Shown: one piece after another, positions 38,510-51,470 of the stretch | How positions within the stretch are numbered: the first letter of the stretch is position 1 | How the letters are laid out: the number at the start of each line of letters is the position of its first letter | Assembly: GCF_001194135.2 (NCBI RefSeq) | Contig: NC_068990.1 | Span: 3,120,634-3,184,633 of the forward strand | Source: Octopus bimaculoides | Taxonomy: Eukaryota | Direction: 5' to 3' | Length of the DNA: 64,000 nucleotides | Translations under genes and position numbers: made by a program | Notes under the pieces: generated by a model | The model's input: only the letters and a program-made list of their open reading frames with translations | Told to the model about the DNA's origin: nothing | Databases searched by the model: none

Positions 38510-38555
<46 letters not shown>

Positions 38556-41100
38556 GCGACCTGAGTAGTAGATATATAAACAGGTCAGATTTAATTATTT
38601 CTTCGTAGAAGATCGAAAACGATTATGAACAGTGCTNNNNNNNNNNATATATATATATATATTTCATTTAAGTGCGAATGATCTATTATATAACTAAGAA
38701 AATTATGAAACAGCCGTAAATGAGTGGAATATTATATATATATATATATATATATATGCGACCTGAGTAGTAGATATATAAACAGGTCAGATTTAATTAT
38801 TTCTTCGTAGAAGATCGAAAACGATTATGAACAGTGCTAATCGGTTCTTGAAACTTATCGCATTCCCGTTACAGGTTTCTACATCAATGTGGCAACTTCC
38901 AGAGAAACAAGCAGCTAGCTAATTTAAATACTTCAAAAATGCAGGAACTATTGAGAATTGGAAATACTACTTTGCATACGGTAATCGTCTAAAGCCTGTC
39001 AACACGAATCTTAGCTTATATAACAGCATATTATGATATGATAATATATGTAACCTATGTATTTTGATAGTCCTTTGTTCTTTTAAGATATTAGAATCTT
39101 CTTTGGATCAATTTGTTAACTATGTTTATACAGACATATATAATCTGGTCTTTGCCTCAGGCGCTGTGAAGGTGTACAGTATTGCTTTAGAATATACTAT
39201 TCTTTTTGATGTGTCCTACATGAAAATGACCACTGATCCCCTATGTACTAAATATCTATTATGTTCAATCACAACAAGTGTGACGACAGTGGTGCGATTC
39301 AATCTGCCGAGTGTCGGATATGGTATTACCTATTTGCATACGTGTATGTTCTGAGTTTAAATCTTTTCTATGCCGAATATTACATTCATTTCATTGGCAT
39401 CGGTAAACTGAATACGAGTTACAGACCAACGCTGAAGCTTCTCCGTAGTCACTCGACAATATAAAAATATCAGCTAAATTTTCCTCGAATAACATCTTTC
39501 TGTTTAAAACAAGAGAAGAAAGAAAAGAAAAATTTTACTTACATTGCATTGCTTCAAAAGATTACATGGACATTGCTAAAACAATTTTAGCATTGGTCAA
39601 CTCTTCCAAAACTCACATGAATCTAAAGAAAAACAACAAATACCAGTTAGTTACTAGGCTTGATATAATCGGCATATCGCTCACCCATATTATTTGACCT
39701 TTTTCAAATATTGTAATAGCTGGCACGCATTACAAATCAGTGAGCACGAATTGGAATTACTTCGTTATGAATTTTGCAATTTGATGGTTTCATCTAAATT
39801 GAAAAGCCATACAAAGTGGTGACTGATATTAGTACGTAATTTCGAAATACCTTACTTGGCGTTTCGTTTAAGAAAAATAATACCGAAAGAAAGATTAGTA
39901 TTGAAGAAGGGAGAGAAAGAGACGTGGGGGGTGGAGAGAAAGAGAGAACTTAGTGTTAGAATTGGAGATAATAAAAGACATGTTTTTCTCTCCATCTTTT
40001 TATATAATGATGTTTTAGCTATTTTGTTGAAATCGTAAGACGAAATTTGTTTGAAATAGTAAGACTAGTTACTCACTTTCTCGTTATAATTCACTGTTGA
40101 ACGTAAATAGTTAATTGTTTATTAAGATGTTTCCTCATCTCATCGGATTTTGGTAGTGAGATGAAGAAATATTTTTACTTGTCAAATTAGTTGTGCATAT
40201 ATGAAATATAATTTGTATCAGGAAATCAATCGTTTATTGCTGATCGTCAAATCTTATTTCAGTGTTCATGTTTGGCCATAGAGTGTTAGACGACATCCAG
40301 TATCCAATCATTTCACCACCATTCAGTCACCATGCGAGCCATTAAGGAAGTATTTATGTTGTAGATTGATCCGTTAGAAAAAAGAGTTAAATCTCAAATT
40401 TACATGCAGTACCGCCTTAAAAGGAACTTAACACGCCTCCCAATCCGGCAATCGAACCCACAATCGACAGATCAACACCCTTAACAAGTAGACCACGAGC
40501 GAATGAGAAATAGATATTTCATACTTCAACTAAGATTTTATCTTTAAACTTCTTTTCTACCGAAAATATTACTTGCTTTCAACAATGCATGTTTTGACTA
40601 GATTTTTCTGAAAATTTCTATCTTGTAATAAATGAATAACAAAATAACTGAAATTGTGAAAGATTCAAGTTTTATTTTCTTTGCTGTTCGTTGAGTACAG
40701 TTTGATAAACCATAATCTGTCTGGTGAAATGAATATGTATTTAGATGTAATTTTTTTTCATGGCAATAACAGATTAACACCATAGATATTTGAAACCCAA
40801 AAAGAAATATTGTTGAATCACTGTTAATACATTTCTTTATTTTCTGATGCAGTGAATTGGAAAATTTATTTTCATATAAATTATTTTGTTTTATATTTTT
40901 CATTGAACATCAACTTACTAAACATGTTGATACAAAGTTTCTGTAAATAATCATAAAAAGTTATTCTAAAAGTTAAGTAGACTTTGATTACAAAATTGTT
41001 TCTAGTTTCTATTCTTTAACAATATTCAGATCGTGCCGATTCTCTTCTTGTCTTCAGGTGTTCTATTCTTAGTTATATACATATTCCCATCTCTTTTCTA

Positions 41101-41314
41101 CTTTTCTACTCTAGGCACAAGGCCCCAATTTTTCGGAGAGGGCGCCAGTCGATTATATCGACCCCAATACGCAACTGGTATTTAATTTATCGAACCCGAA
41201 AGGATGAAAGGCAAAGTCGACCATGGAGGAATTTAACTCAGAACGTAAAAACAGACGAAATACCACTAAGCATTTCGCCCGGCATACTAACGTTTCTGCC
41301 AGCTCACAACCTTA
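41101..41314 (-). mobile_element. SINE family C, full length, tail type 2
   Basis: The reverse complement matches the head and body of 10724-10885, but the tail reads ...GGGGCCTTGTGCCTAGAGTAGAAAAG. Confidence 0.85.
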
Positions 41315-44300
41315 CATGTTCCCATTCATCGCTTCTACTTTTTAATCATTTCCCACATTCTTGTAGCACACTTTTTTGTAACAATATAGGACATTTAATC
41401 TAATTTCACTCTACAGAATAGTAAAAGATAATGTATAGAAAATATAACATAATTTAGCAATATCTAACTATGGAAGATTAGCCAGATTAGGTGGTGTTTA
41501 TTAAAATATATCTTCATGATCAAGATTTGTAATACATTCACAAGAATGAGAGTCACAGAAATGAATAGAAATAGTAAAGGTATTTTAAACTATTACGACA
41601 ATGAATGCATTTAACCAATAAATTAGCTGTCGTTAGAGAAGCAATACCATAGCTCAAGGAAGATTAAATATTTAGAAATCACTAAATTTCAAAACAGAGA
41701 AAAAAGTGAAACTATTAGAAAATTTGATATATTTAATCTGGATTTGTAGAAAACAATTAATTATTCCAAAATATTTTCGAAATAAGGGATAACTAGACAA
41801 TTCACCATGCTTTAGATTATCATATAACTTTTGTACGTTTCTTTTCTAATCAATAAATCAAATTTCCATCTACCCTTCAAGATAATAGTATATTGAGATC
41901 TACTGAATGGAAAATGTTCCTCCCTTTAAATCTTGGCATTTGGCCAAGTGAAAAGAAATCAGTATATATGAAATGCAACCGGTGGGTTTCATATAAATTC
42001 AGTCAGGCAGGAAATCGTTAAATACAATGCAATTGTATTAATGACGACGTCAGAGAGAAAGTGCTTAAGACCATTGAATATTTTGATAAATTGCTAGTGA
42101 TAATAGATTAGTTTATAGTCGTCCAGGGGATATTTTTTCAAAATTTAATCCGAAAAATTTAATGCTTCTAAAAGAATATTTACGAGAGTGGTCAAACTGA
42201 GCCAACGATATATATAAATTAAAATAAAAGTCGCAATTGAGAAATCAATTGAATTTAATTTTTCCTGGTCAAATCTGATCGAGGAAATCTCTAATCATGT
42301 GTCTTTTTGGTAAATTTCACAATTCATTTGCGATAGAATCTATTTAGACCTATTTTATCAATTATATTCTTCTCTTTAAAAAAATGAGGTTGTGATGTTA
42401 CCCCTCTTGTGACGCCCGGGCTGATTGCTCGGCCTAAGTGATACAAGCTGTAAGAAATTTAAGGCCGATCCATCGGTCCGATGAAACAAACGTTTTCGTT
42501 TTTCAGTAGATATAATCCAAAACTATATAATATATTTAGTTTAACTTACTAATAAAGTAGATGTATCCATCAATTTCAATCTCAACAGAAAAAACTTTGG
42601 TGTTTTTGGCTACACATTCAAAAACACCGTATGTTTCAAAACTGTTAAAAAAAATTGACAAAGTTTAGAAAATCGTGACCAGTCTCATGTTTCCTCTTTG
42701 AATACAATTTTCTCTATCATATACAAATGTTTATTTTTTTAATGTTTATTTGTGTATATTTATTTTGGACATGGATCGTAAGCGTGTTTTATGTACATAT
42801 GTAGACACAAGCAGGCGTATACGCCTCCGCATGTAACCCAACCCCGCCCTTGACCCTGCACTATATCCATCATCTGTCGACTGAATGAAGAGAAAACTGT
42901 TCCAGCACCCATCTGGTACTCATTTACATATGCAACATGAAATGAGAGGCTTTGCTAAATGATACAACGCGGATTCCGGTGCAGGAATTAAAGTTATGAT
43001 GATGAGTGGATCATTCAAGTCAAGTAGTCACTACTTGCTAGTCAAGTACTGACTACTTGACTACGCGCCTTCCCGAAGAGACAAAATCAGAAAGGAAATT
43101 CATTAGTTGCTAAAATGTATTTACTTCTACCCACCTACATCTTGCGTTTGATTCTCGGGAAGAAATACACTAAAAAGGTAATTCTATCGATTAAAATACG
43201 TTAAGCGAAAATATCGATGAAAAGGAAGTTGCTTATTGTTATTGGCAAAACGTAGATCCCAAAAAATATTTCTTCCGATTTATTTTATTGTTTGGTTTAA
43301 GTTTTGTCTTTCATTCATCCTGTTTGCTTCTAGTCTTCTTCTACTTGGCTATTTCTTTTGCAAATGTAAGAAGTCGCTATTAATCGCGTCAGAGAGGTAC
43401 AGGTATGTAGATGGCAGTGGTGGTGGGATACAATGCGGTTTTTAGTTACGATATTTTACATTCTAAGATCAAATCCAAAACGTAGTCGGTTTTGATTTTC
43501 ATTCTTTTCCATCGAAGTAAAATATTTTGTTCGACTATAACTTTTCCCAAACATTTTAAAACTAATCTGTTATCCTACATATAATACCCAAAATACCTGG
43601 CGGCAAAAAGTTTCGATAATTTTCTCTCAGTTCTAACCTCATCCACGTTCATTTTGCTATTTATCCTTCTGGGATCGCTAAAATAAGTATCGATCATTTT
43701 TTTACAGGTTGATATAAGTGTTAATAAGCACTTCATTCTCAAGTGATAAAAAAACTGTGTCGTTTTATGAGTATTTTAGAAAATACAATGTTTGTGAGTG
43801 GCAGAAAGAAGACCAACGCATTAGTTGCTTAGCAGTATTTAGTTTTGTCCATCTATATTTCATGTTGAATTCTCAACCATGTCAATTGTGACAGGAATGT
43901 TATTTAGTTTCTGTTATCATTTTCATTTTTAGCAAAATTTCTTTCGTGCTTTCAACAGACCCCTGATAACATATAATGAATATCTGACATATATTGATGG
44001 ACATTTTATGTTTTCTTTAGAAATCGCTTGTGTATCAGCAATGTAATAAATCAAGTCCAATTTTATTCTATTGTGATACAATCTTGCGTATAAAGTCTGC
44101 TCTTTTTTCTTACCCTCCAAATTTAGTTATTTTATATATACAAACAAAAATATATCGGTTAAAAATCTTTTTTTTTTTTTTTTCCAGTGAAATTGCTTAC
44201 GAGAGGTTACAATGATTTCAAGCAACATCTCCTCTCGGATAATTGTTATATGATATATGAACGCCGTATCAATTCGGGAAGTGATCAGTCCTTAATAATT

Positions 44301-44440
44301 CCGATATCAATGAGTTATAAAACTTATTTATTCAGAAATCTTGTTGATAATTTAATGGCTGAATGACTAAATAACGCTAAAATATACATTGAGTATTTAA
44401 AACTATTATATATTTAAACATATAATTTTAAAGTCGGAGA

Positions 44441-45793
44441 ATTTTGGGGGATTGGGACCAGTCGATTAGATCCACTCCACTACGCAACTGATACCTAATT
44501 TATCGATCCCGAAAGGGAAAGTCGAACGTAAAGACAGACGAAATACCGCTAAGCATTTCACCCGGCGTGCTAACGTTTCTTATTTCTCTATTGCCCACTA
44601 GGGGAGGATGGGAATTGTAGGGGTGAAATATCAGGGCTATGAGGTTACCAGTGTTGGAAGGAGGGGATATTGGTGTTTATTTTGGTGCTGGTCGGTCTTC
44701 TGTGTCTGTCTCTTCTGCATCCTTTTTTTGGGGGGGGGGGCATCTCCATCTTACGGGTAGGACAGTTTTCACAAATGTGGCCTTTCTCTCCACTTTCGAA
44801 GCACCGAGGTCTTCTCCCCTCCACCATTACCCGCACGGTGGTTTCTTCTCCGAAGTGTATGTTCTCTACGATCTTTACCATGGTCTATGGCGCCGCTTGG
44901 ATAATGGCCTCGAGGCCTTTCCCCTTCCAGTTTTACTGGTGTATTTTTGAGGCCTCTAGTATAGTTATTTTTTCTTCTATCCCTATTAGTAGGGCTGGGA
45001 GTAGCCATGATATGTTTATTTCTGTCGGCATCTCTTCTATCGTGATCCTTGACATGCGCCTGCCTAAGTATGTTGGCAGCAACCTGATGTCCGTGGTTCT
45101 CAAAGGTTGCATTGGATGTGTTTTTGCTTTCTCTTCACTTTTGAAATACACTGCTACCGTGGCAAACGGTTTGCCTCTGGTCAGGTATTCTATGTCCTGC
45201 CAGATCGGCTGAAGGCATTTTTCTATAGCTTCTTTTGGTGCTTTGTCTAGTTTATTTTCCTTTACAACAAAGGTTTTAAATATGACTTTTTCTTTTTTCT
45301 TTTTTTTGTCATTTCTTCTATAATTTTACTCGGGTGAGTGGCTTTTACGTCGTATTCTTCCTTCGAAAACCAGTTTTGGCGCACTCATTAGTTCATTTTT
45401 CTCAATACATAGTTTTTCTTTTTTCACTCCAGCCCCTCCAAAATTAATCTTTTTTGCCGGTTGGACAAGTCTTTCTGCCGTCGGCATACTTACTATTTAA
45501 CAGTTTTTTTCACAGTTTTTTTCCCTCTACAGAGGAAGTATTCATTTTCAACAAAATACATTGTGGAAAGACGCCACAGAAATGGATAATTCCCCCCTCA
45601 CAGAGGGGAATAAAAGTTCACTCCTTTTGCCACACTTATTCCGGTATTTTTAATAACACAAAGAAAAGAATGCAACAACAAAAATTCCAACACTAACCTT
45701 TAAGCAAAATACATCACAGTATTAATCACCAGTAGCAAAATCGCTAAGCATTTCGCTCGGCGTTCTAACGTTTCTGCAAACTCGCCGCCTTAA
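44441..45793 (-). mobile_element. SINE family C split by a 1161-bp insertion
   Basis: Head at 45742-45793 (TTAAGGCGGCGAGTTTGCAGAAACGTTAG...) and remainder at 44441-44580; a 34-bp segment is duplicated on both sides of the insertion. Confidence 0.8.
44581..45741 (-). mobile_element. Non-autonomous LINE derivative carrying only a decayed gag-like ORF1 (CCHC zinc knuckle) and a LINE-like 3' end
   Basis: Minus-strand frame: LTRGKPFATVAVYFKSEEKAK...LLPTYLGRRMSRITIEEMP...VRVMVEGRRPRCFESGEKGHICENCP (C-X2-S-X4-H-X4-C, second Cys TGT>AGT), with two in-frame stops. No endonuclease or RT. Ends CCCCTAGTGGGCAATAGAGAAATA. L1/Tx1 affinity is plausible but unproven. Confidence 0.75.
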
Positions 45794-46389
45794 ATTAGAT
45801 ACATTAAATTAACGCATTCCACAATTTGATGAATAAGAAGTAAATATATATACATTCGGAAAACGCAGTATCTATATTTACATAAAAATGATATTCCACT
45901 ATTGACTGGTATGTTAATAGAAATACTAGGATGCTGGTTTCAAGGCATTCATATTCAAATAAACATTCTTCGTTTCCTCCGGATATTTGCATATTCTTCT
46001 TTATCCTATTTAGTCATAGTGTTTAAAGAATTTTATAAAACGTGCCATTTGTTTTTAAAAAAAGACAGTATATTATGATTGTTTAAATCAGGCTGAAGTC
46101 AACTTAGCCGTTCATCCTTCCGGAATAGATAAAATGAACAACCAACTAACAAGTGGGCTTCATACAATAGACTATCCGCTATACACTAGCACCACCGGCC
46201 TTGTTTCAAAACTTGAACAATTATTCATGAATGCAAATTTGAATGTCAATTATCGACAGTTGTAATCAAGCACATGAATTCATTGATTCTCTGCAATATC
46301 TCATCTACTCAATAGCCTTCTGCTAGAAACAATAAAATGTCACATATATTTTAAAAGTTGGTATTTGAGTCACTGCGGATTCACATCAT

Positions 46390-46990
46390 ACTCATATTAT
46401 TTTTTGAAGGATGTGTAGCTTAAGTAATTCCAAAAAATCTATTTGAACTGCTGATTTACATTTCTGAGATTACATATTATGGGAAATAATGGGGGAAATG
46501 TTTCTTTTATACTTTATCAAATATTAACATCTCTTCCGTCAAGATTCAACCTCCGAGCTTCATCAGAAGCCCTCCTTTATTTGTTCTTTTATATGTATTC
46601 ATAAATAGTAAATAAATAAGCCTCCTAAGATTAGATTCCGCATAACATTATAATGCGCGTATCAGAGGTGAAACGACAAAGTCGGATATTACAAAGCATA
46701 AATGGCGTGAAATTGGCAATAATATGTCACTATGTGATAAAGTTTTCATTATAGACAAAGAACAATGGAAACCAACGGGAAATACATGAAACATTCCAAA
46801 TCGCATTGAGAAATCAATTAGAACACGTAGCACTAAGTATAAGCCAATATATTGTCATTACCTCTGGAAATTCTATAATGTAATGAGATAACCGTGTTAG
46901 AACGCTGCATGAAATGAGGTTCAGTGACAACATCTAATGAAACCAAAGAACGTGAATATACGAATCACAAATATTGTTTCTGTTTAGCCT
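46390..46990 (+). mobile_element. Decayed Penelope-like GIY-YIG C-terminal remnant, copy 1
   Basis: KSDITKHKWREIGNNMSLCDKVFIIDKEQWK/QREIHETFQI resembles the PLE endonuclease end (SA..EH......IDW..V.ILDKE..W..RKI.EA..I); homologous to 50925-51470. Confidence 0.55.
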
Positions 46991-47060
46991 TCGTTCGGCA
47001 TTAAATTGATCTCTGATAATACTTATGTAGTCATATAAAATTATGCGTACACATGCATAG

Positions 47061-47097
<37 letters not shown>

Positions 47098-47234
47098 TGG
47101 GCAGTAATATTTCACAGTATACAAACGTATAACACACATATGTATATACATATATTTACGCTTAGGTATACATATAACGATAAATAGATGTATACATATT
47201 GATATACATACATGCATATATACATATATATGTG

Positions 47235-47304
<70 letters not shown>

Positions 47305-47479
47305 GCCAATCTATGGATTATTCTAAGTTTCACGTCCATAAAGTTCTTAGCTTTACAGCTATCCTTCAGTCTGTAAAACCCATTGGCCTATGGCCTCTCT
47401 GGGAAGTAGCTTCTCTACAAAATGGAAGAGGAAAAAACTCCATTACTCTATGTCAACAATAAGAAATTGTACCCCTTTG

Positions 47480-48190
47480 ACAGCTAGTAATTGACCATGT
47501 GGGTGTGTGGATCCCAGGATGCCTGCAGGAATTTCTTGAAGTGCAAGCAGGGTCTGAAGACCTCTGTCCTGAAGTTAAGGTTGTACCACGAGTCGAGGGA
47601 ACCTGTTGGTGCTGGTGTTGTTGGTATTGGCATTGTAGGAGATGGCGTTGACACTGGTGCTGGCGCCGGTGGCGCTAACATTGGCGTTGGGGACACTTTT
47701 GATGGTGGCGTTGTTGCTCGAGTTATGGCTATAGCCGTTGGTGTTTCCTGGTGCTGTTATCGGTGCTATCGTGGTGGGTGATGTTATCGATATTGTTATT
47801 GTTATCATTGGCAATGTTTCTGCTGCTATTTGTGTGGAGGATAAGGCCGTTGATGTTGTTGTTGCACGCATTTTCAACAGACACAACCTAATCGTCACTT
47901 TTAGATACGACCCCAGTTCTAGTCAAAACCCCTAGGCCATGACCGGGGGGTGCATGCAACAGATGCCCAGATGTAGTCCATTGCAAAACCAAGGCAATCG
48001 TCTATGAATATAAGGTGATAGTCGATCCTAGTAGCAGAAGCACAACAGCATCTTTCTCAATGACAACTACAGGAGCAGGATTGAAAATGCCAACAGCACC
48101 AGCAGGATCCCAAGCAAAAGCAGCAATAGCACCATTGCCAGTAATAAAAACAATAACAACAACAACGGCAACCTCGGCCATATTTATCTT
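47480..48190. other. GC-rich Thr/Pro/Ala-codon-like low-complexity segment of unknown origin, partly duplicated at 50778-50874
   Basis: NCA/NCG triplet bias on the minus strand at about 47600-47880 and on the plus strand at about 48030-48180; stops and frameshifts in all frames. Confidence 0.5.
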
Positions 48191-48974
48191 TATCTATATT
48201 CTCTACTGCTCTATAACTTGAGAGTCCTTCTCTTTAGGATGTTATATGAATGTATGTATGTGTGTATGTATGTATCTATGTATGTATGTATGTACATACA
48301 TATATACGTACTTATATATATATATATATATNNNNNNNNNNNNNNNNNNNNNNNNNNNNNNNNNNNNNNNNNNNNNNNNNNNNNNNNNNNNNNNNNNNNN
48401 NNNNNNNNNNNNNNNNNNNNNNNNNNNNNNNNNNNNNNNNNNNNNNNNNNNNNNNNNNNNNNNNNNNNNNNNNNNNNNNNNNNNNNNNNNNNNNNNNNNN
48501 NNNNNNNNNNNNNNNNNNNNNNNNNNNNNNNNNNNNNNNNNNNNNNNNNNNNNNNNNNNNNNNNNNNNNNNNNNNNNNNNNNNNNNNNNNNNNNNNNNNN
48601 NNNNNNNNNNNNNNNNNNNNNNNNNNNNNNNNNNNNNNNNNNNNNNNNNNNNNNNNNNNNNNNNNNNNNNNNNNNNNNNNNNNNNNNNNNNNNNNNNNNN
48701 NNNNNNNNNNNNNNNNNNNNNNNNNNNNNNNNNNNNNNNNNNNNNNNNNNNNNNNNNNNNNNNNNNNNNNNNNNNNNNNNNNNNNNNNNNNNNNNNNNNN
48801 NNNNNNNNNNNNNNNNNNNNNNNNNNNNNNNNNNNNNNNNNNNNNNNNNNNNNNNNNNNNNNNNNNNNNNNNNNNNNNNNNNNNNNNNNNNNNNNNNNNN
48901 NNNNNNNNNNNNNNNNNNNNNNNNNNNNNNNNNNNNNNNNNNNNNNNNNNNNNNNNNNNNNNNNNNNNNNNNNN

Positions 48975-49007
<33 letters not shown>

Positions 49008-50334
49008 TATACCATAGCAGTCGTAGCACAGAGGAAATTATGGATCCAAAGACTAATAAATACGCAACGAAATGGTTTAGTGTTCCTCTTGTTCTCATTG
49101 ATTATGTTTGCTCGCTACTCTCACCAAGAAACCCTGAAGTTAGACTCAAACTTTTTCGTGATAGAAAACAAGATTGATGGAGAGAATCTCTTGCATAAGC
49201 TTAAGTATTCTGGATATGAGTTTATGAGAACTGGCAGAAAGGGAAACCTCTGGAAGCGTCTGATGCAGCAAAGGTGAGCGTCTAGATTAGAGAAATAAGA
49301 GATGCACAAATTAGAGAAATTAGACTGAAGATCAAAAAACAATGTGGAAACCAACGAAGCATCATGTCACTACAGGACGTAAGTGGAGAAATTGACACCA
49401 AGGTAATCTAGAAATGTGTCTACAATAGACAGCAGAAACAATAGACAACTTTGGTGAATGCAGTGTAAAGAAACCTCAGTTGGAGTGGTATATTGCCTAG
49501 GCTTCTGTAAGAATCAGTTTCATCCTCGGATCTGTGTATGACCTCCTAACAAAGCAAGTATATTTAAATATAATCATATGCATGTGTGTGTGCGTGTGTA
49601 TGTGTGTGTGTGTGTGTGTGTGTGTAGATGTGTATGCGTATTTCAGTGTGTGATTGAGTGTGTAGGCGTGTGTGAGTTTGTCCATAATAGCATAGGCAAA
49701 TTTCCGGGCATGTATAAACAGTACACCTCTATGTATGCTATGACTTCTTATATATTTGTGATATTATGCGTCTGTAAATATATGCAGTTTTGTGCAGGCG
49801 TAAAAACCGACTGCGTTGAGGACTGACTCTAAGTAGCAACCTAACAGATAATGATGAAACATTGGGATATCTGTCAAGGATTTCTCAACCCTGGTGCCTG
49901 TAGTTTTGATTCTACTTTATTCAGATATAACAATACACAGATTATAATTATAGTAGCAAATTCATTAACCTAATTTAAAACAGTTATTGTGGCTGTCTAG
50001 AAATACTAAAGATTACAAATAACAATTTAGTAATCTCTGAAGATTTGAGAATGCAACTGGAAAAGTTATCTTTTATGTAACTTGTATTTTCATTGTTAAT
50101 GAAATGCGCGTAGAAAAACGTAATTAAATCACTTATGGACAAACTTGACCTGTCCAGCTTTATAGTCAAACCGTGAGTTTTCCTTTCAATATGCAGAAAT
50201 ACACATGCAGGGTTAGATAATGGTTAATCGTCGTGCAATTACAAATTAGATTGAACTATATGCATGTGCCTGTGTGTGTGTCTACCTCTCTATGTGTATG
50301 TGTGTGTGTGTAGAGAGAGAGAGAGAGGTAGAAG

Positions 50335-50367
<33 letters not shown>

Positions 50368-50380
50368 GGGGGGGAAGAGA

Positions 50381-50446
50381 CCCGTCTAGGAATAGAAACC
50401 ACAATCTGACGATCATGAGTGCAGTACACTAAGCCATGCGCCTCCA
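50381..50446 (-). mobile_element. Family B SINE head-only fragment
   Basis: Reverse complement TGGAGGCGCATGGCTTAGTG...GATTGTGGTTTCTATTCCTAGACGGG parallels the head at 14178-14253. Confidence 0.6.
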
Positions 50447-50462
50447 GCTTAGATAGACAGAC

Positions 50463-50536
<74 letters not shown>

Positions 50537-50924
50537 CGAGAGAGAGATGTGTGCGTGTATCCATACTTGTTTGTACCATATTATTTCCCCTCTCTCCTTT
50601 CTCACCCCTTTGGTGCTATATACTTTTGTGAACTACATTATTCCTTTAGGAATATTTATATGGAAGAATAACTATTCATGTATGTAACATTAAATGCCGA
50701 CGGAGGGCAGTCGTCTTCAGCAGAGTCAGTGCACCGAGTTTCACGGTATCTCTTCTTTATGCATTTAAATAAACAATATTGGCGTTGGGAAAACTTTTGA
50801 AGGTGGCGCTGTTGCTCGTGTTATAGCTATAGTCACTGGTGTTTCTTGGAGTTGTTATCGGTGCTAAGGTGGTGAAAAAATCAAAAATTAGAGGAACGGA
50901 TTTAAGTTATTGTCTTATTATTTT

Positions 50925-51470
50925 GAGTAAGGATGTGTAGCTTCGTCAATTCATAGAAATTATTAGAATTGCAAGTTATATTATATTACTGAACCTAGAT
51001 GAGATGTAATGTAGGAAATATTTCTGTTATATTTTATGGAATATTTACATCCCTCACGTCAGGATAGAACCTCCGTTCTTCTTCAGAAGAAGACCTCTTT
51101 TCCCTACGCTCATAAATGGTGAATATATGAGACTCTTAAGATAAGTCGTTCTAATAATTGTATGAGAGGTGAAACGATGACGTCAGATATTACAAAGCAT
51201 AAATGGCGTGAAATTGGAAATAATATGCCACTATGTGATAAAGTTTTCATTATAGACAAAGAACAACAAGAAATACACGAATCATTGCATATAGCGTTGA
51301 GAAATCAATTAGAACACGTACAACTCAATATGGTGCCATTACTGAAATTAGGTTTATATTGACAAACATTCGGCTTCTGCAGCGTTATAATATAACAGTG
51401 TGAGAGCACTGCATGAAATCAGCTTGATTGACAAAATCTAATAAATCCAGAGCACGTGAATATACGAATG
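50925..51470 (+). mobile_element. Decayed Penelope-like GIY-YIG C-terminal remnant, copy 2
   Basis: ORF 51162-51362 reads TSDITKHKWREIGNNMPLCDKVFIIDKEQQEIHESLHIAL; core 51165-51320 is closely similar to 46664-46829. Confidence 0.55.

Noticed and set aside
38556-38838. Identical 81-bp duplication (38556-38636 and 38758-38838)
   Set aside because: The first copy ends exactly at a 10-N gap and both follow (TA)n, which is typical of an unmerged contig overlap.
39540-39575. Minus-strand 33-nt AG...GTAAGT-bounded segment (QCPCNLLKQCN)
   Set aside because: It shows that such micro-exon patterns arise on both strands by chance; there is no other support.
48211-49177. Long ORFs of 250-320 aa in several frames
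   Set aside because: They consist of N gap plus microsatellite translation; the same applies to 60425-61366 and 172-485.
49995-50170. LEILKITNNNL fits the LRR consensus
   Set aside because: Single motif, with in-frame stops shortly after and no splice support; expected by chance.
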